Both the position numbers and the translations under genes were made by a program. From Hemiscyllium ocellatum (taxonomy: Eukaryota), in NCBI RefSeq assembly GCF_020745735.1, contig NC_083409.1, positions 5,631,534 to 5,695,533 of the forward strand: 64,000 nt of DNA, in the 5' to 3' direction. The stretch's first letter is position 1. Each line of letters begins with the position of its first letter. Below the pieces are notes generated by a model that was not told the DNA's origin, searched no databases, and was given only the letters and a program-made list of their open reading frames with translations. This document shows positions 1 through 12,469 of this stretch, in pieces.

Positions 1-1729
1 TCAGTGCCCTTGGCATTGACCTGCTTCGGGGAGGGGGGCAGCATGGTCAGCTTTGGCTGAAGGTTCTCACGGCCTGAAAGGCAAGAGAAGCAATTTTAAT
101 CCCTGCCAAACAAAAGGAATTTAACTCTCAGCATATTCACTGGCAATACCATCTTATTGAACACTTGTAGTCAACACAGAATAAAACCGACAAAAGAACA
201 GACATTGTTCAAATTGCTTCGTGGGATTTCATTGTCTCTGGCAGGGCCAGCATTTATTGCCCATCCCTAATTGCCCCTGAGAGGGTGATGGTGAAAAAGA
301 AGGGATAGTTTTGGACCATCGTTTATGGAATGAATGTAGGCAGCTGGAAGGGCTATCAATGGGGGAGCATTTCAGTGACAGTGATCAGACCTCAGTGAGA
401 TTGAGAGAAGTTTTGGAAATGGAGAGCCATGGGCAAGAGTAAAAGTTTTCATTGGCGAATGGATATTTTAATAAACCGTGTGGTGGTTTACAAAAAGCGG
501 ACTGGAACCAGCGGCATGATGGAAATCACTGTCAGGGCAGTTGAAGCCCTCGAAGGATGAGATATAGATCGTTCAGAATCTGTTCCCACAAGGAGTAAGG
601 GTGGGGCTCCCAAATCTAGATTCTCAGACTGGGATGTCAAAAGGCAGCCAGAGTAGGGAAGACCAAATAGGGATGGTGACGTTTGTTATCTGGAGTTCAA
701 ACCTCCAGAAAGCTGAATGGAGAATAGAAGATGCATGGATGAAATTGAACAGAATCTGAGTAAAGCAAAGAGTTGACAGAATGAGGTATGTCCAATTGAA
801 TCAGGGAAATCCCAATGAACAAGAGGATTGGGGTCATGTACTGAAATGCATTGGGAACTGGTTGGCAGACAGGACAGAAAGTACAAGTCTTTCGTTCCTT
901 GGTACCTAGTTATTCATAACATATAATAATACAGTCATAGAGTCAGAGAGACCCAAAAGCCCATCAGACGATTGTGTCCATATTGGTCAAAAAAGAACAA
1001 CCCAATAATTCTCATCCATTTTTCTAGCATGAGGGAATTAGATGTGGTATGTGTTCAAGAAGGAATCAGATTTGTTTTTTAGGATTAAATGGATTGACGA
1101 ATGTGGGGAGAAAGCGGGAACAGGCGACTGTGTTGGAATGATCAGCCATGATCATATTAAATGGTGGCGCAGGCTTGAGAGGCTGAATGGCCTACTCTTG
1201 CTACGATTTTTGATGTTTCTACCTACTGGTCAAATAATGAAGGAATGTCTCTCATAGGTTTGAAGCTGGGAGTCAATGTGCGTCAAAGTGGAAGATGTGG
1301 TCACGGTGATTAATGATTGCGGGTCAGTAAGGTGGTTAAGAAAACACATGGGGTACATTTTTATTTTTTTCTCCTTATGAAATGAGGGCATTGCAGGATC
1401 CTTAGCATTTATTGACCATGCCTAATCACCCAGACGACAGTTTAAAGTCAACCACATTGCTGTGGGTCTGGAATCACATGGTAGGCAGTCAAAAGGATGG
1501 CAGTTCCCTTCCCTAAATCACATCAGGGAATCAGTTGGCTTTTTCCTGATAATCAACAATTGTTTCATGGTCATCATCAGACTCTTAATTGCAGATGCTT
1601 TTTATTGAATTCAAACTCCACCATTTGCCGTGGCAGGATTCTAACCCTGGTCCCCAGAACATTAATCTCTGGATTACCAGTTCAGCAATAATACCATTAA
1701 ATCATTGCCTCTTTTATCTCATTTTTGTT

Positions 1730-3420
1730 TGAGAGTTTGTTTATTCTGGAACTGTATAAAACCCCAGTTAGAGCACAGTGAGAGAACTGTGTACGGTTCT
1801 GGTCACCACATTACAGGAAGGATGTGTTCCCACTTGAGACAGGGACAGAGGAGGATTTTGTCAGGAATGGGGAGTTAGGCAATGATTGGTTTGGCTGGGA
1901 CTGTTTCCTTTGGAACAGAGGAGGCTGATGGGTAATTTGATCGAGATGTGTAAAATGATGAGGGGCCTGGATAGAGTGGGTAGGGGGACTGATTTCCATC
2001 GGCAGAGAGGACAATAACCATGGGCAGAGATTTAAATGATTTGAGGGCAGGATTAGAGGGAAGTTGTAGATGTTTGTTTTCACCCAGAGGCTGTTGCGGT
2101 CTGAGACTCTGTTTGAAAGGATGGGAGAGGCAGAAACCCTCATCACATTGAAAAAACGCTTGGATATTCACTTGAAACATCGAAACCTCCAGAGCTATGG
2201 AGCAAGAGCTGGAAAGTGGGATGGAGCTTGATACATCGTTTACGAAACTCCGATCACCCACAGATCAGGAGAACTTTATCCGAGAACATTGGAATGGACT
2301 TGGATCCACACACTTCATTTGTTATCAATGCGGAAGGTTCCAGATTACATTTCAAACCTTGTTGCACACCAATGGGCTGAGGTCAATGGTCAGGCTACAA
2401 AGAGTTTCAGTGTCCCAGGGTCAGCCAAGGTCACTTCTCTGAATGACTCCATGACCCCTGGAAGGTGAGAGTGTGCAGATAATGGATGAGGGTCAGGATC
2501 AGGGGACACCAAACTTAAAGAAAGACTTGCATTTCTGTAAGCAACTCAGGATGCCCCAATGGTTCTTTCCAGCAGGCTGTATACAGCAAGATCCCAAGCA
2601 CATGATGATAATTCGCAGGGAAATAGATTTTTTATTGATTTTGACTGGGGGATAAATATTGGCCAGGGACACCGGGGGAACTGCCTGTTTTTTATCCAAT
2701 AGTGCCATGGAATTGCATCGTTCACAACTGAGAGACTCACAGTTCATCCAAAAACAAAAGGAAAAGTTCCTTGAAAGCGGAGTTGCAGGTAGATTGGGGT
2801 GGGTGGAGGGTGATGAAGTCATTTGGTATGTTTCCTTTGTTGGTCAGTGAATTGAGTATTGGAGTTGGGAGCTGTTGCGGCTGTATAGGACATTGCTCTC
2901 CCTGCTATAGGAAAAATGTTGTGAATCTTAAAATGGTTCAGAAAACGATGTTGCCATGGCTGGAGGGTTTGAGCTATCTGGAGAGGCTGAATAGGCTGAG
3001 TCTATTTTCCCTGCAACTTTGGAGGCTGAGGGGTGACAATATTGCAGTTCATAAAGTCATGAGAGGCATAAATAGGGTGAATAGAGAAGATCTTTTCTCC
3101 AGAGTGGGGCAGTTGAAAACTAGAAGGCATAGGTTCAAAGTGACAAGGGAAAGATTTGAAAGGGACCTAAGGGCCAACTTTTTCATGCGGAGGGTGGTAT
3201 CTGTATGGAATGAGCTGCCAGAGGAAGTGGTGGAGACTGGTAGAATTACAGCATTTAAAAGGCATCCGGATGGGTATATGAATAGGAAGAGTTTAGAGGG
3301 ATATGGGCCAAATGCTAGTAAATGGGACTAGATTAATTTAGGATATCTGGTCAGCATGGCCAGGTTGGATCGAAAGGTCTGTTTCTGTGTTGTATGTTTC
3401 CATAACTCCAATTGAAATTC
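1730..3420 (+). mobile_element. Two CR1 LINE 3' fragments
   Basis: ORF 2771-3331 LSYLERLNRLSLFSL..RRLRGD..KVMRGINRV..FKVTRERFERDLRANFF..RVVSVWNELP is the CR1 ORF2 C-terminus. A similar relic lies at 1730-2260. Confidence 0.85.
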
Positions 3421-3959
3421 AATCAAAACATTAACACCTAAGGCTCTCCCAAAGACATTTACAGACAGCTTTGTTTGAAAACCTGTCACTGTTGCAATGT
3501 CAGGAATATGGCAGCCAGTTTCTACACAGCAAGATCCCACTGGAAACAATGAGATCAAAGACCACGTTTAATGATGTTGTTTCAAGGATAACTACTGGCC
3601 TGAACTTAACCAAAAGACAAAGTAATTTGGTGCAGTTGGATTGAAAATGAGAAAATAGAAGGTAAAGGAGAAGATAGAATTGCTGATTAGTGATGGGATT
3701 GATTGTTACCAGAAAATAAAAGGAAGGGACAGAATTTTTGAATATCAAAAGAAACACAAAAGCGCGGGGAAATCAATAGTAGAACAAACTTAAAGTCGTT
3801 GCGTCTAACTGCAAGAAGCATTCCGAGTAAGGGGTACAAAATGATGCCACTCAACAAGGTCAATTGAGTTTCCAAGGAAGAAAAACTAATTAACGTGGAG
3901 GAGGTCTCAGGAGAGGTTATTCAAGTTTCCAGAAGACAGAATGGGACAGAGAGTGTGGA

Positions 3960-6900
3960 AAGGATCAGGAATCAAACGTCAAGCACGGTAGATAAGAGGA
4001 CAGTGATGAGAAGGAGGGCAATCAATGCATGACTGAGGGTGTTGTACTTAAAAGCACACAGTATACACAATGACCTTGTAGTGCAGATTGAAACTGGCAG
4101 GTACGGTGTTGTGAGTATCACAGAGACATGGCTGTAAGGGGATCCGGGCTCGGAACAAACTGTCTAACGATATATGTCCCATCAAAATGACAGACAGATG
4201 GACAGAGGGAGAAGAGTTGCCTTGTTCGTAAGAAATGAAATTAAATCAAGAGCAAGAAGGGAAATAGAGTCAGAAGGTGTAGAATTTGTGTGGGTAGAGT
4301 TGAGGAACCGCAATAAATAAATAATTTGATGCAAGCTATGTTCAGGTCTCCAAACAGTAATCAGGGTGTGGGGAAGGAAATCAATCAGGACTTTATGGCA
4401 GACTTCAATGGATAGGTGAAGTGGGTAACACATCTCAAGAAAAGGATTCCATGGAATATCAATGAGATGATTTTGCAGCAGCTTGTGGTTGAGCCATTAT
4501 GGAACAGGTAGTTCTGGATTCAGTGATGTGTAATGCGGCAAACTTGATTAGTAAGCTTAAGGTGAAAATATCCCTATTGATACGTGACCATAATACGATA
4601 GATTTGCCTTTGTAGTTTGAGAGGAAGAATGTGCAAAGTTAACTCCAAATATATGAGAAAGGAACTGGCCAGAGTTGTTAGGAAGGGGGCGGGGCGAGCA
4701 GGTAAGGTGGTGGAGCAGCATACAGCAGAGTTTGTGGGGGTAATTCAGGAAACAGAGTGGGAATTGATCCCAAAAAAGAAGAAACATACTAAGGGGAGGA
4801 CAAGACAACCATGGTTCATGAGGGAGGTCAAGGACAGCATAAAAGCAAAAGAAAAACCACACAATGTGTGGAAGAATTAGATTAGATTTACAGTGTGGAA
4901 ACAGGCCCTTCAGCCCAACAAGTCCACACCGACCCGCCGAAGCGAAATCCACCCATACCCCTACATTTACCCCTTACCTAACACTATGGGCAATTTAGCA
5001 TGGTCAATTCACCTAACCCGCACATCTTTGGACTGTGGGAGAAAACCGGAGCACCCGGAGGAAACCCACGCTGACACGGGGAGAACGTGCAAACTCCACA
5101 CAGTCAGTCGCCTGAGTCGGGAATTGAACCCGGGTCTCCGGGGCTGTGAGGTAGCAGTGCTAACCACTGTGCCACCGTGCCGCCCACAAAAGCCATAGGA
5201 TTAGGAAATATTTCAAAGCTTGGAGAGGATAATGAGAAAAACATTCGTGATGGAGAAGGTGAAATGTGGGGGTAAGCTGGTCAGTAATATAAAAGAAGAT
5301 TGCAAGAGTTTCTTTAGATATAAAAAAATAAAGAGCAGGCAAAAATAAACATTGGATCACTGGAAAATGAGGCTGGAGAAAGAAGAATACGAAATGAAGC
5401 AATAGCAGAGGAATTGAATCAATAATTTGCATCAGTCTTCACAATGGAAAACACCAGCAACATACTAATATTTCAAGACTGTCAGGGGTGAGTGTAGTGG
5501 CCATCACTAAGGAGGAGGTACTGGGGAAGCTGAAAGGTCTGAATGTGGATATCTCACCCATTCTGGATGAACTACATGAGTGTGTTCTGTAGGAGATCGC
5601 TGAGGAGATTGTGGAGGCATTGGTGATAAACTTTCAGGAATCTGTGGATTAGAGGGATGAAGGTGGGGTGGGGACGGATTTGTTGGGGGCAAGGAACTGG
5701 AAAATGGCTCACATAACACTGCTGTTTAAGAAAGGAAAGAGGGTGAAGATGGGAAATTATAGGCTAGTTAGGCTAGATGCAGTTGTTGGTAATGTTTTAG
5801 ACTTCAATTTAAGGATGAAATTGCAGATGACTTTAAGTGCAATGGGAAAATAGGGCTGAGTCAACATGGCTTCATCAAGGGGATGTCATGTTTGGCAAAT
5901 CTATTAGAATACTTTGAGGAGACAATGAGCCAGTCAGACAAAGGAGAATCCGAGGAAGTAATCTATTTGGATTTCCAGAAGCCTTTTGACATAAGATAAG
6001 GACCAGAGTGTTGGGGGAAAAGATCCTACTGTGGACGGAGGACTGGCAGGATGGCATAAAGCAATGAGTGAGGAACAATTGCAGCTGGTGACTGGTAGAT
6101 TCCTGTAGGGGTCAACGTTGGGACCATAACTAATCACATTATACGTTAACAATCTGGATGATGGAAGTGAAGACATTGTTGCTAAGTTGGCAGATGACAT
6201 GAGATAGGTGGAGGGACAGGTAGTGTTGAGGAAGTGGGAAGGCTGCAAAAGGTCCTGAATAGGCTCAGAAAGGGGGCAAAAAAGTGGTAGATAGAATACA
6301 ATGTATTAGAATGATTGATGATGCACTTTGGTGGGAAGAAGAGATGCAAAGACTGTTTTCTAAATGAGGAAAGCCTTTGGAAATCTAAAGCACAAACCTC
6401 ATTCAGATTTCTCTTCAGGTTAGCAGGCAGTTCCAGTTTATGCTTGGGAAGGCAAATGAAAATATTGCATTCATTTCAATAGGGCCAGAATACAAGAGCA
6501 GAGATATACTGCTGAAGCTATGTAAGGCTCTGCTCAAACAGAATTGGAGCATTGTGAGTAGATTTGGGGCATATATTCTGAGAAATGATGTGCTGGCATT
6601 GTAGGTGTTTACAAGAATGATCCTGGGGATGAATGGCTTGCTATATGAGGCATGGTTGAGGACTCTGGGTCTGTACCCGATGGAGTTTAGACGGATGAGG
6701 AGGGATCTTATTGAAATTTGCAGAATACTGATCAGCCTGCATAGAGTAGATGCAGAGAAGATGTTTCCCAAAACAGGAGAGACTCGGTAACCAAGGCACA
6801 ACCTCAAAATAAAAGGCCGACCCTTTAGAGCTGAGATTTGGAGGCATTTCTTCAGCCAGAGCGTGGTGAATCTGTGGAAGTCATTTCTACAGAGGGTCGT

Positions 6901-7080
6901 GGAGGCCAAGTCACTGAGTGTATTTTGGACAGAGATAGATAGGTTCTTGATTATTAAGGGGATCGAACGCTCCTGTGGAGAAGGCAGGAGAATGGGGTGA
7001 GAAGCATATCTGCCAAGATCAAATGGCAGAATAGATTCAATGGGCTGAATGGCTGATTTCGGCTCCTATTTCTTAAAGTC
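3960..7080 (+). mobile_element. Decayed CR1 LINE (APE, RT, 3' end) interrupted by a SINE
   Basis: ITETW-like APE relic, WKMAHITLLFKKG..GNYRLV, DFQKPFD, FADD-like relic and a 3' tail (ggctgaatggc). Confidence 0.85.
4876..5185 (-). mobile_element. tRNA-derived SINE (HE1-like), young
   Basis: On -: head GGCGGCACGGTGGCACAGTGGTTAGC with A/B boxes, and a CR1-type tail ...CCTGTTTCCACACTGTA(AATCT)n. Confidence 0.9.
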
Positions 7081-7099
7081 TTCTGCAGAGTTTCCACAA

Positions 7100-8940
7100 A
7101 ACCTTGGAACACTGAACCCACTATAATGTGAGCGTTGCTGGAGCTGTTTATCATCAGAACTTTGCCAAGAGAAGAACAAAGAGTGTGCTTCCATGTGGGA
7201 ACTTCAGAATGCTTCCCAGCTCCTGCAATACGATGAAGTACAGGAAGTGTGGTCAGTGACAATAGTTGGAGATCCGGGTTTCAGCGCTTCAGCAGCAGCT
7301 GGTGTCAGTGCGGAGCGTCCTTGAGGCTGAGAGCTCTGTGGAGAGAATGTTTCTAGATGTGGCCACTCTGCAGCTTCAGATTATGCAGGGAGAGAGAGAA
7401 TGGGGGAGCAGCAGACAGTCCAAAAGGACCAGGCAGCTAGTACAGGAATCCCCGAGTCCATCCTACTCGCCAATCAGTATTCAGTTTGGAATCCTGAAGA
7501 GAATGATGGTTCATCTGGGCCAAATCCATGACACCACAGGGGGCTCAGCTGTAGGGGAGGCGGAGGAGGGAGGGCACAAGGAAGACTGGAAGAGCGATAG
7601 TGAAAGGAGATTCGAGAGCGAGGGCAATCGATAGGTGTTTGTGCAGCTGCAGATGGGATGCCAGGGTGGTGTGTTGTCTCCCTGGTGCCAGGGTCAAAGA
7701 TGTCACTGAGCAGCTGCAGAGCACCCTTAGGGGAGAGCGGGAACAGTCAGCAGTCGTGGTCCACATCAGTACCAGTGACAGAGGGAGAAAAGGGATGTGG
7801 TCCTGCAGTCAGAATTTAGAGGGATCAGGAGGGAATTAGCAGCAGGAGCTCAAAAGTAGGAATCTCTGGATTCCTCCCAGTACCCCAGTGCAAGTGAAAG
7901 TCGGAACAGGAGGTTAACACAGGTGACTGTGGACCTGGAAAGAGGGTTCCAGGAATGAGCACTTTAGGTTCTTGTGAGCTGGTTTACTAGTGCTGTTGGA
8001 GAGGGTTTAAACTAACTTAATATGGCTGTGGGAGCAAGGAGGGAATATCAGAGAGGAACACAAAGGAACACCAGAAAATGGAAGAGACAATAAATGAATA
8101 TTTTACATCTGTATTTACTGAGGAAAAGGATATGGAAGGTATAGAATGTCGGGAAATAGATGGTGACACCCTGAAAAATATCCACATTACAGAGGAGGAA
8201 GTGGCTGAATGCCTTGAAATGCGTAAAAGTCGATAAATCCCCATGACCTGATCAGGTGTACCGGAGAACTCCGTGGGAAGCTAGAGAAGTGATTGCTGGG
8301 CCTCTTACTGAGATATTTGTATCATCAATATTCACAGGTGAGATGCCTGAAGACTGCAGGTTGGCTAACGTGGTGCCATTGATTAAGAAAGGTTGAAAGG
8401 ACAAGCCAGGGAACTATAGACCAATGAGATGGATGCCAGTGGTGGGCAGGTTGTTGGAGGGAATCCTGAGGGAAAGGATGTATATGTATTTGGAACGGCA
8501 AGGACTGATTTGGGATAGTCGACATGGCTTTGTGCACGAGAAATCATGTCTCACAAAATAACAAAGATGAGCGCAGAGTGATTGATGTGGTCTATATGGA
8601 CTCCAGTAAGGCATTCAACAAGGTTCCCCATGGGAGACTTGTGAGCAAGGTTAGATCTCACAGAATACAGGGAGAACTAGCCATTTAGACACAGAACTGG
8701 CTCAAAGTTAGAAGGCAGAGGGTAATGGTGGAGGATTGTTTTTCAGACTAGAGGCCTGTGACCAGTGGAGTGCCACAAGGATCGATGCTGGGTCCTCGAC
8801 ATTTTATCATTTCCATAAATGATTTGGATTCGAGCATAAGAGGTATGGTTAGAAAGTTTGCAGATGACACCAAAATTGGAAGTGCAGTGGACAGCGAAGA
8901 GGGTTACCTCAGCGTATAACGGGATCTTGATCAAATGGGT
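7100..8940 (+). mobile_element. CR1 fragment: ORF1 esterase plus RT
   Basis: GDS..RAIDR..C...DARVVCCLPGARVKDV..VVVHI.T (SGNH-like). RT relics at 8150-8940. Confidence 0.8.
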
Positions 8941-8947
8941 CAATGAT

Positions 8948-9490
8948 ATCTCTCAGGAAGATGGACAGATTCTTGTCAAATGAAGAGGAGTTCTGTGCTG
9001 TTAGCCTGTTCTCACTGGGGACCGTTTTGGATACAAACCTCATTGCATGAAGGCCCAACAAAGAGAGGAGATTCTCAGGTTATCAGTGTGAGCTGCAGGG
9101 ACAGGACAGGCTCTGACCCACTGACCCATCCTGTCCATTCACAACATTTTCCAATCCTTTTGCCTCTCCTTCCCATTCTATGATCAGTCTCTGAGTCAGG
9201 TTGTTTCAATGGGATGAGGGTCAGAGCATCACAATTACAACAGAAGGGAACTGAACCCACCATGGTGTCCATGATGCACGGAAAACGCCAACAGAGTTGG
9301 GCAAACATGGAATTCAGTTCAGAGGATGTCCTTCTCACTAAAGTCCTCAGTAGAGACTAGTAAACATGATCCTCCTTCTGACTGGGATTCTTCAAGAGAG
9401 ACCAGTAAACATGGGCCTCCTTCTGACTGAATGCTCCAAGAGAGACCAGTAAACATGGGCCTCCTATTCACTGGAATTTCCAATGGAGAT
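8948..9490 (-). repeat. Inverted paralog of 34980-35605, including a degenerate ~42-nt minisatellite
   Basis: Segments such as cctgtccattcacaacattttccaatcctt and gagaccagtaaacatgggcctcc match the reverse complement of 34980-35605. Confidence 0.75.
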
Positions 9491-9499
9491 GAGCAGATG

Positions 9500-10210
9500 A
9501 CTAAGTTTTTGAAGAAATAATCAAGAACTTAGATAAAGGTAGAGCAGTACATTCTGTCTACATGGGCTTGAGCAAGGCCTTAGACAATGTTCCCCATGGT
9601 AGCCTGTTTAGTAAGATTATATCACATAGGATCCAGGGAGAGCGCGCCAATTGTATATCAAATTGTCCTGATGATAGGAGGCAGAGACTGGTGAGAGAGG
9701 GTTGTTCTTCAGACTGGAGGACAGTGACCAGCCTCTGTCACAAGAACCGATCCTGGATTCACTGTTGTTGATCATTTACATGAACAATTTGGATGCGAAA
9801 ATAGGAGGAATTTTCAGTAAGCTTGTGGCTGACATTAAAATTGTTGGCATCGTGGACAAGGAAGAAGGTTATCGAAGAATAATTTCATATTAATCAACTG
9901 GGCTAGTGGGTCAACAAATCCGGGTGGAATTTAATTTTGATAAATGTAAGGAGTTACATTTTGATAAGACAAACCAGGGCAGGAATTACACAAATAATGT
10001 GGACGCATGAGGTGCGTTGTTGAACAGAGAGACTGAGGGTTACAGGTACATAGTTTCTTGGAAGTGATGTCACGGGTAGACAGGGTGGTGAAGAAGGTAT
10101 TTGGCACGCTTACCCTCACTGGTCAAAGCAGGGAGTACAGGAGCTGGGACATTATGTTCCAGCTGTACAAGGCATTGGACAGACTACATTTGGACACTGT
10201 GTACATTTTG
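9500..10210 (+). mobile_element. CR1 RT fragment
   Basis: LSKALDNVPHG, LLIIYMNNLD..FSKLVADIKI, EYRSWDIMFQLYKAL.RLHL. Confidence 0.8.
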
Positions 10211-11600
10211 CGAGAGAAAACACTTTTCTGTAAAGTGTGCTGTCTGTTTCTCCCAGTCGTTGTGTAAAGGAGAGACTAAGTGTGTGTAAGCTCTTATACA
10301 ACACAGACAGAGGTCATTGGGCCTATTGAGAATCTGTTAGTCAAATTAGTCCAATGAGTTCCATTTGCCCAGCCCTTCCTGAATAACACTGTAATTGTTT
10401 CCTTGTCAGCTATTTCTCCAAATACCATTTGAAAGGTGCTGTTGAATTCAGTTCTACTCACCTTGCAGATCTTCACCATGAAATTGATGGATAAAAATGT
10501 TCCTATCTTCTCTCTTGTTCTTCAGACCCTTTCTGAAAATGTGTGGCATTTGGTTACTGACCCTCCTGCCTGGAGAAACATTTTTTTCCTATATTTACTG
10601 CAACCAAACTCTCTAATTGTGAACCCCTCATTGAGTGAGACCTATTTCTAGCACAGGGGCCAAACATTCAGCCTGTCAGGTAAATGCTGTCATTTCATGG
10701 AGCAATCCAGTCAGTCCCACCCCCTCCCTAACTCGACCCCCAGGGCCTTGCAGGTTTATTTCCATCAAGAACCCATCCAAGCTGCCATTGCAATCACTGA
10801 GTGTCTTCACCTAAATCACCTGAATGGATGATTTCCAAGATATTACCAATTGCTGCTAAAAACAAAGTTCTTCCTGATATCCCATATCTCTTGCCCAACA
10901 AAATGTCAGGCATTTTCAATGTAAAGATGGGATTTTGTCTCCACACGGACTGTGTGGTTGTCACTCTTACTGATACTGTTATGGACAGATACACCAGCAA
11001 CAGGAAGATTGGTGAGGGTGATAGTGAGTATGTTTTTCCTCTTATTGGTTCCCTCACTAACTGCCACAGGTCCAGTCTAGCAGCTGAATCAGGTGGTACT
11101 TGACCAGCTTGCTCAGTAGTGATGCTTATGAGCAGCTCTTAATGGTGGACTTTGAAGTCCCTCACTCAAGGTATATCCTGCATCCTTCCCACCCTCAGTT
11201 CTCCCTCCATGTGTTGTTCCATAAGGAGGACTGACTGCTCAGTTGAGGTTGGAGGGGGGGCGGTGCTATGTGGTAATCAGCAGGAGGTTTCTATCCTCAT
11301 GTTTGACCTGCTGTCATGAGGCTTCATGGGTTCCATAGTTAATGGTGAGAACTCCCAGGGCAACCCCCTTCCAACTGTACACACCACTGTGTTGCTTCCC
11401 CTGCTTGGTCTATCCAGCCAGTTATAAACTGAATGAGGGAACAATTCTGTGCAGGTTTCACAGCTTGGAGACAGAGGTGCTGCTGGATTCTGTTTCTGAT
11501 CTCCGAGTGCAGGCGTGTGTGTTTGTGAGAGAGTGACTGACGCTTTTCCCATCACTGTGCTGTTTTTGCAAAAAATAAATCCCAGAACCAGCCTCCATTG

Positions 11601-11945
11601 CTGTCAGATTCCAGGGAATGCAGAGAGTTCACAGTTTTCTCCCGTCTCAGGAACAAACGTCCAGCTGTCTGAGCTCCTTCTTTCACTTCCTCTTTCCGTG
11701 AAGTTTCAACCTTGCGATCTGACAGTCTTTGCAGTTATTTTTTACACTGGGGCTTTCTGCTGTGGTCAGAATCTCTAATAATAAGTGTCCAATCAGCAAC
11801 AATCACAGCAGCTCAGAGCAGTCCGTACTGAGGAGCCAGGCTCACTGTGAAACATATTTGAAAGATCAAAGCCATCCTCTCCATCTCCTTAACAAACTCC
11901 ATCCCTCTCCCTGGGAGTCTGCTGCTCAAACAGACTCTTTACAAA
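11601..11945 (-). promoter_or_regulatory. Candidate immune enhancer/promoter module, copy 1 (inverted paralog of 32396-32750)
   Basis: Contains GGAAGTGAAA on - (11681-11690), CAGCTG (11662-11667), TGTGGT (11761-11766) and CCAAT (11789-11793). Aligns by eye to the reverse complement of 32396-32750. Confidence 0.5.
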
Positions 11946-12469
11946 TGTGGCCACATCTCTGAGATTGATCTGAGTCCCCTATCCTCCATATAACACAGAC
12001 TAGCCACAGAAAATCTCAGTCATGCCTGTGGGACTCCATTCCAATGTTGTTCTGGCACACACCACAGCAATCGCCCTTCATTTCATCCAAATTCTGGTGC
12101 CTGTATCCAAACTTGCATCCATTCTGTTCCCTCAACCACCTGCATAATGTGTCCGCATTGGCTTCAGGTCCAGCAACACCTTGATTTTCAAGTTCTCGTC
12201 CTTGTTCACAAATCCCTCCCTGTCCTCTACCCTCCATGTCTCTGTAACCTCCTCCAAGCTGCCTCACTCAGTGTGATCAGCAATCTTGTATGTATGGCTC
12301 TCTGTTTCTTCATCCAGAGTCATTGAGAAATATCATGAAAAGCTGAGTTCCCAGCACAGGTCCCTGGGGATACCACTATTCACATCTTGCTCATTGGAGG
12401 ATGCACACACTATCCCTTCTCTCTGCCTCTTGCCTCTAAACTAATTCCTAACCAAAGACAAATAATTTT

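Noticed and set aside
4893-5198. Short ORFs in SINEs and tRNA-like heads as tRNA genes
   Set aside because: These are SINE-derived (the same peptide recurs at 53838 and 59392), and no complete cloverleaf was evident.
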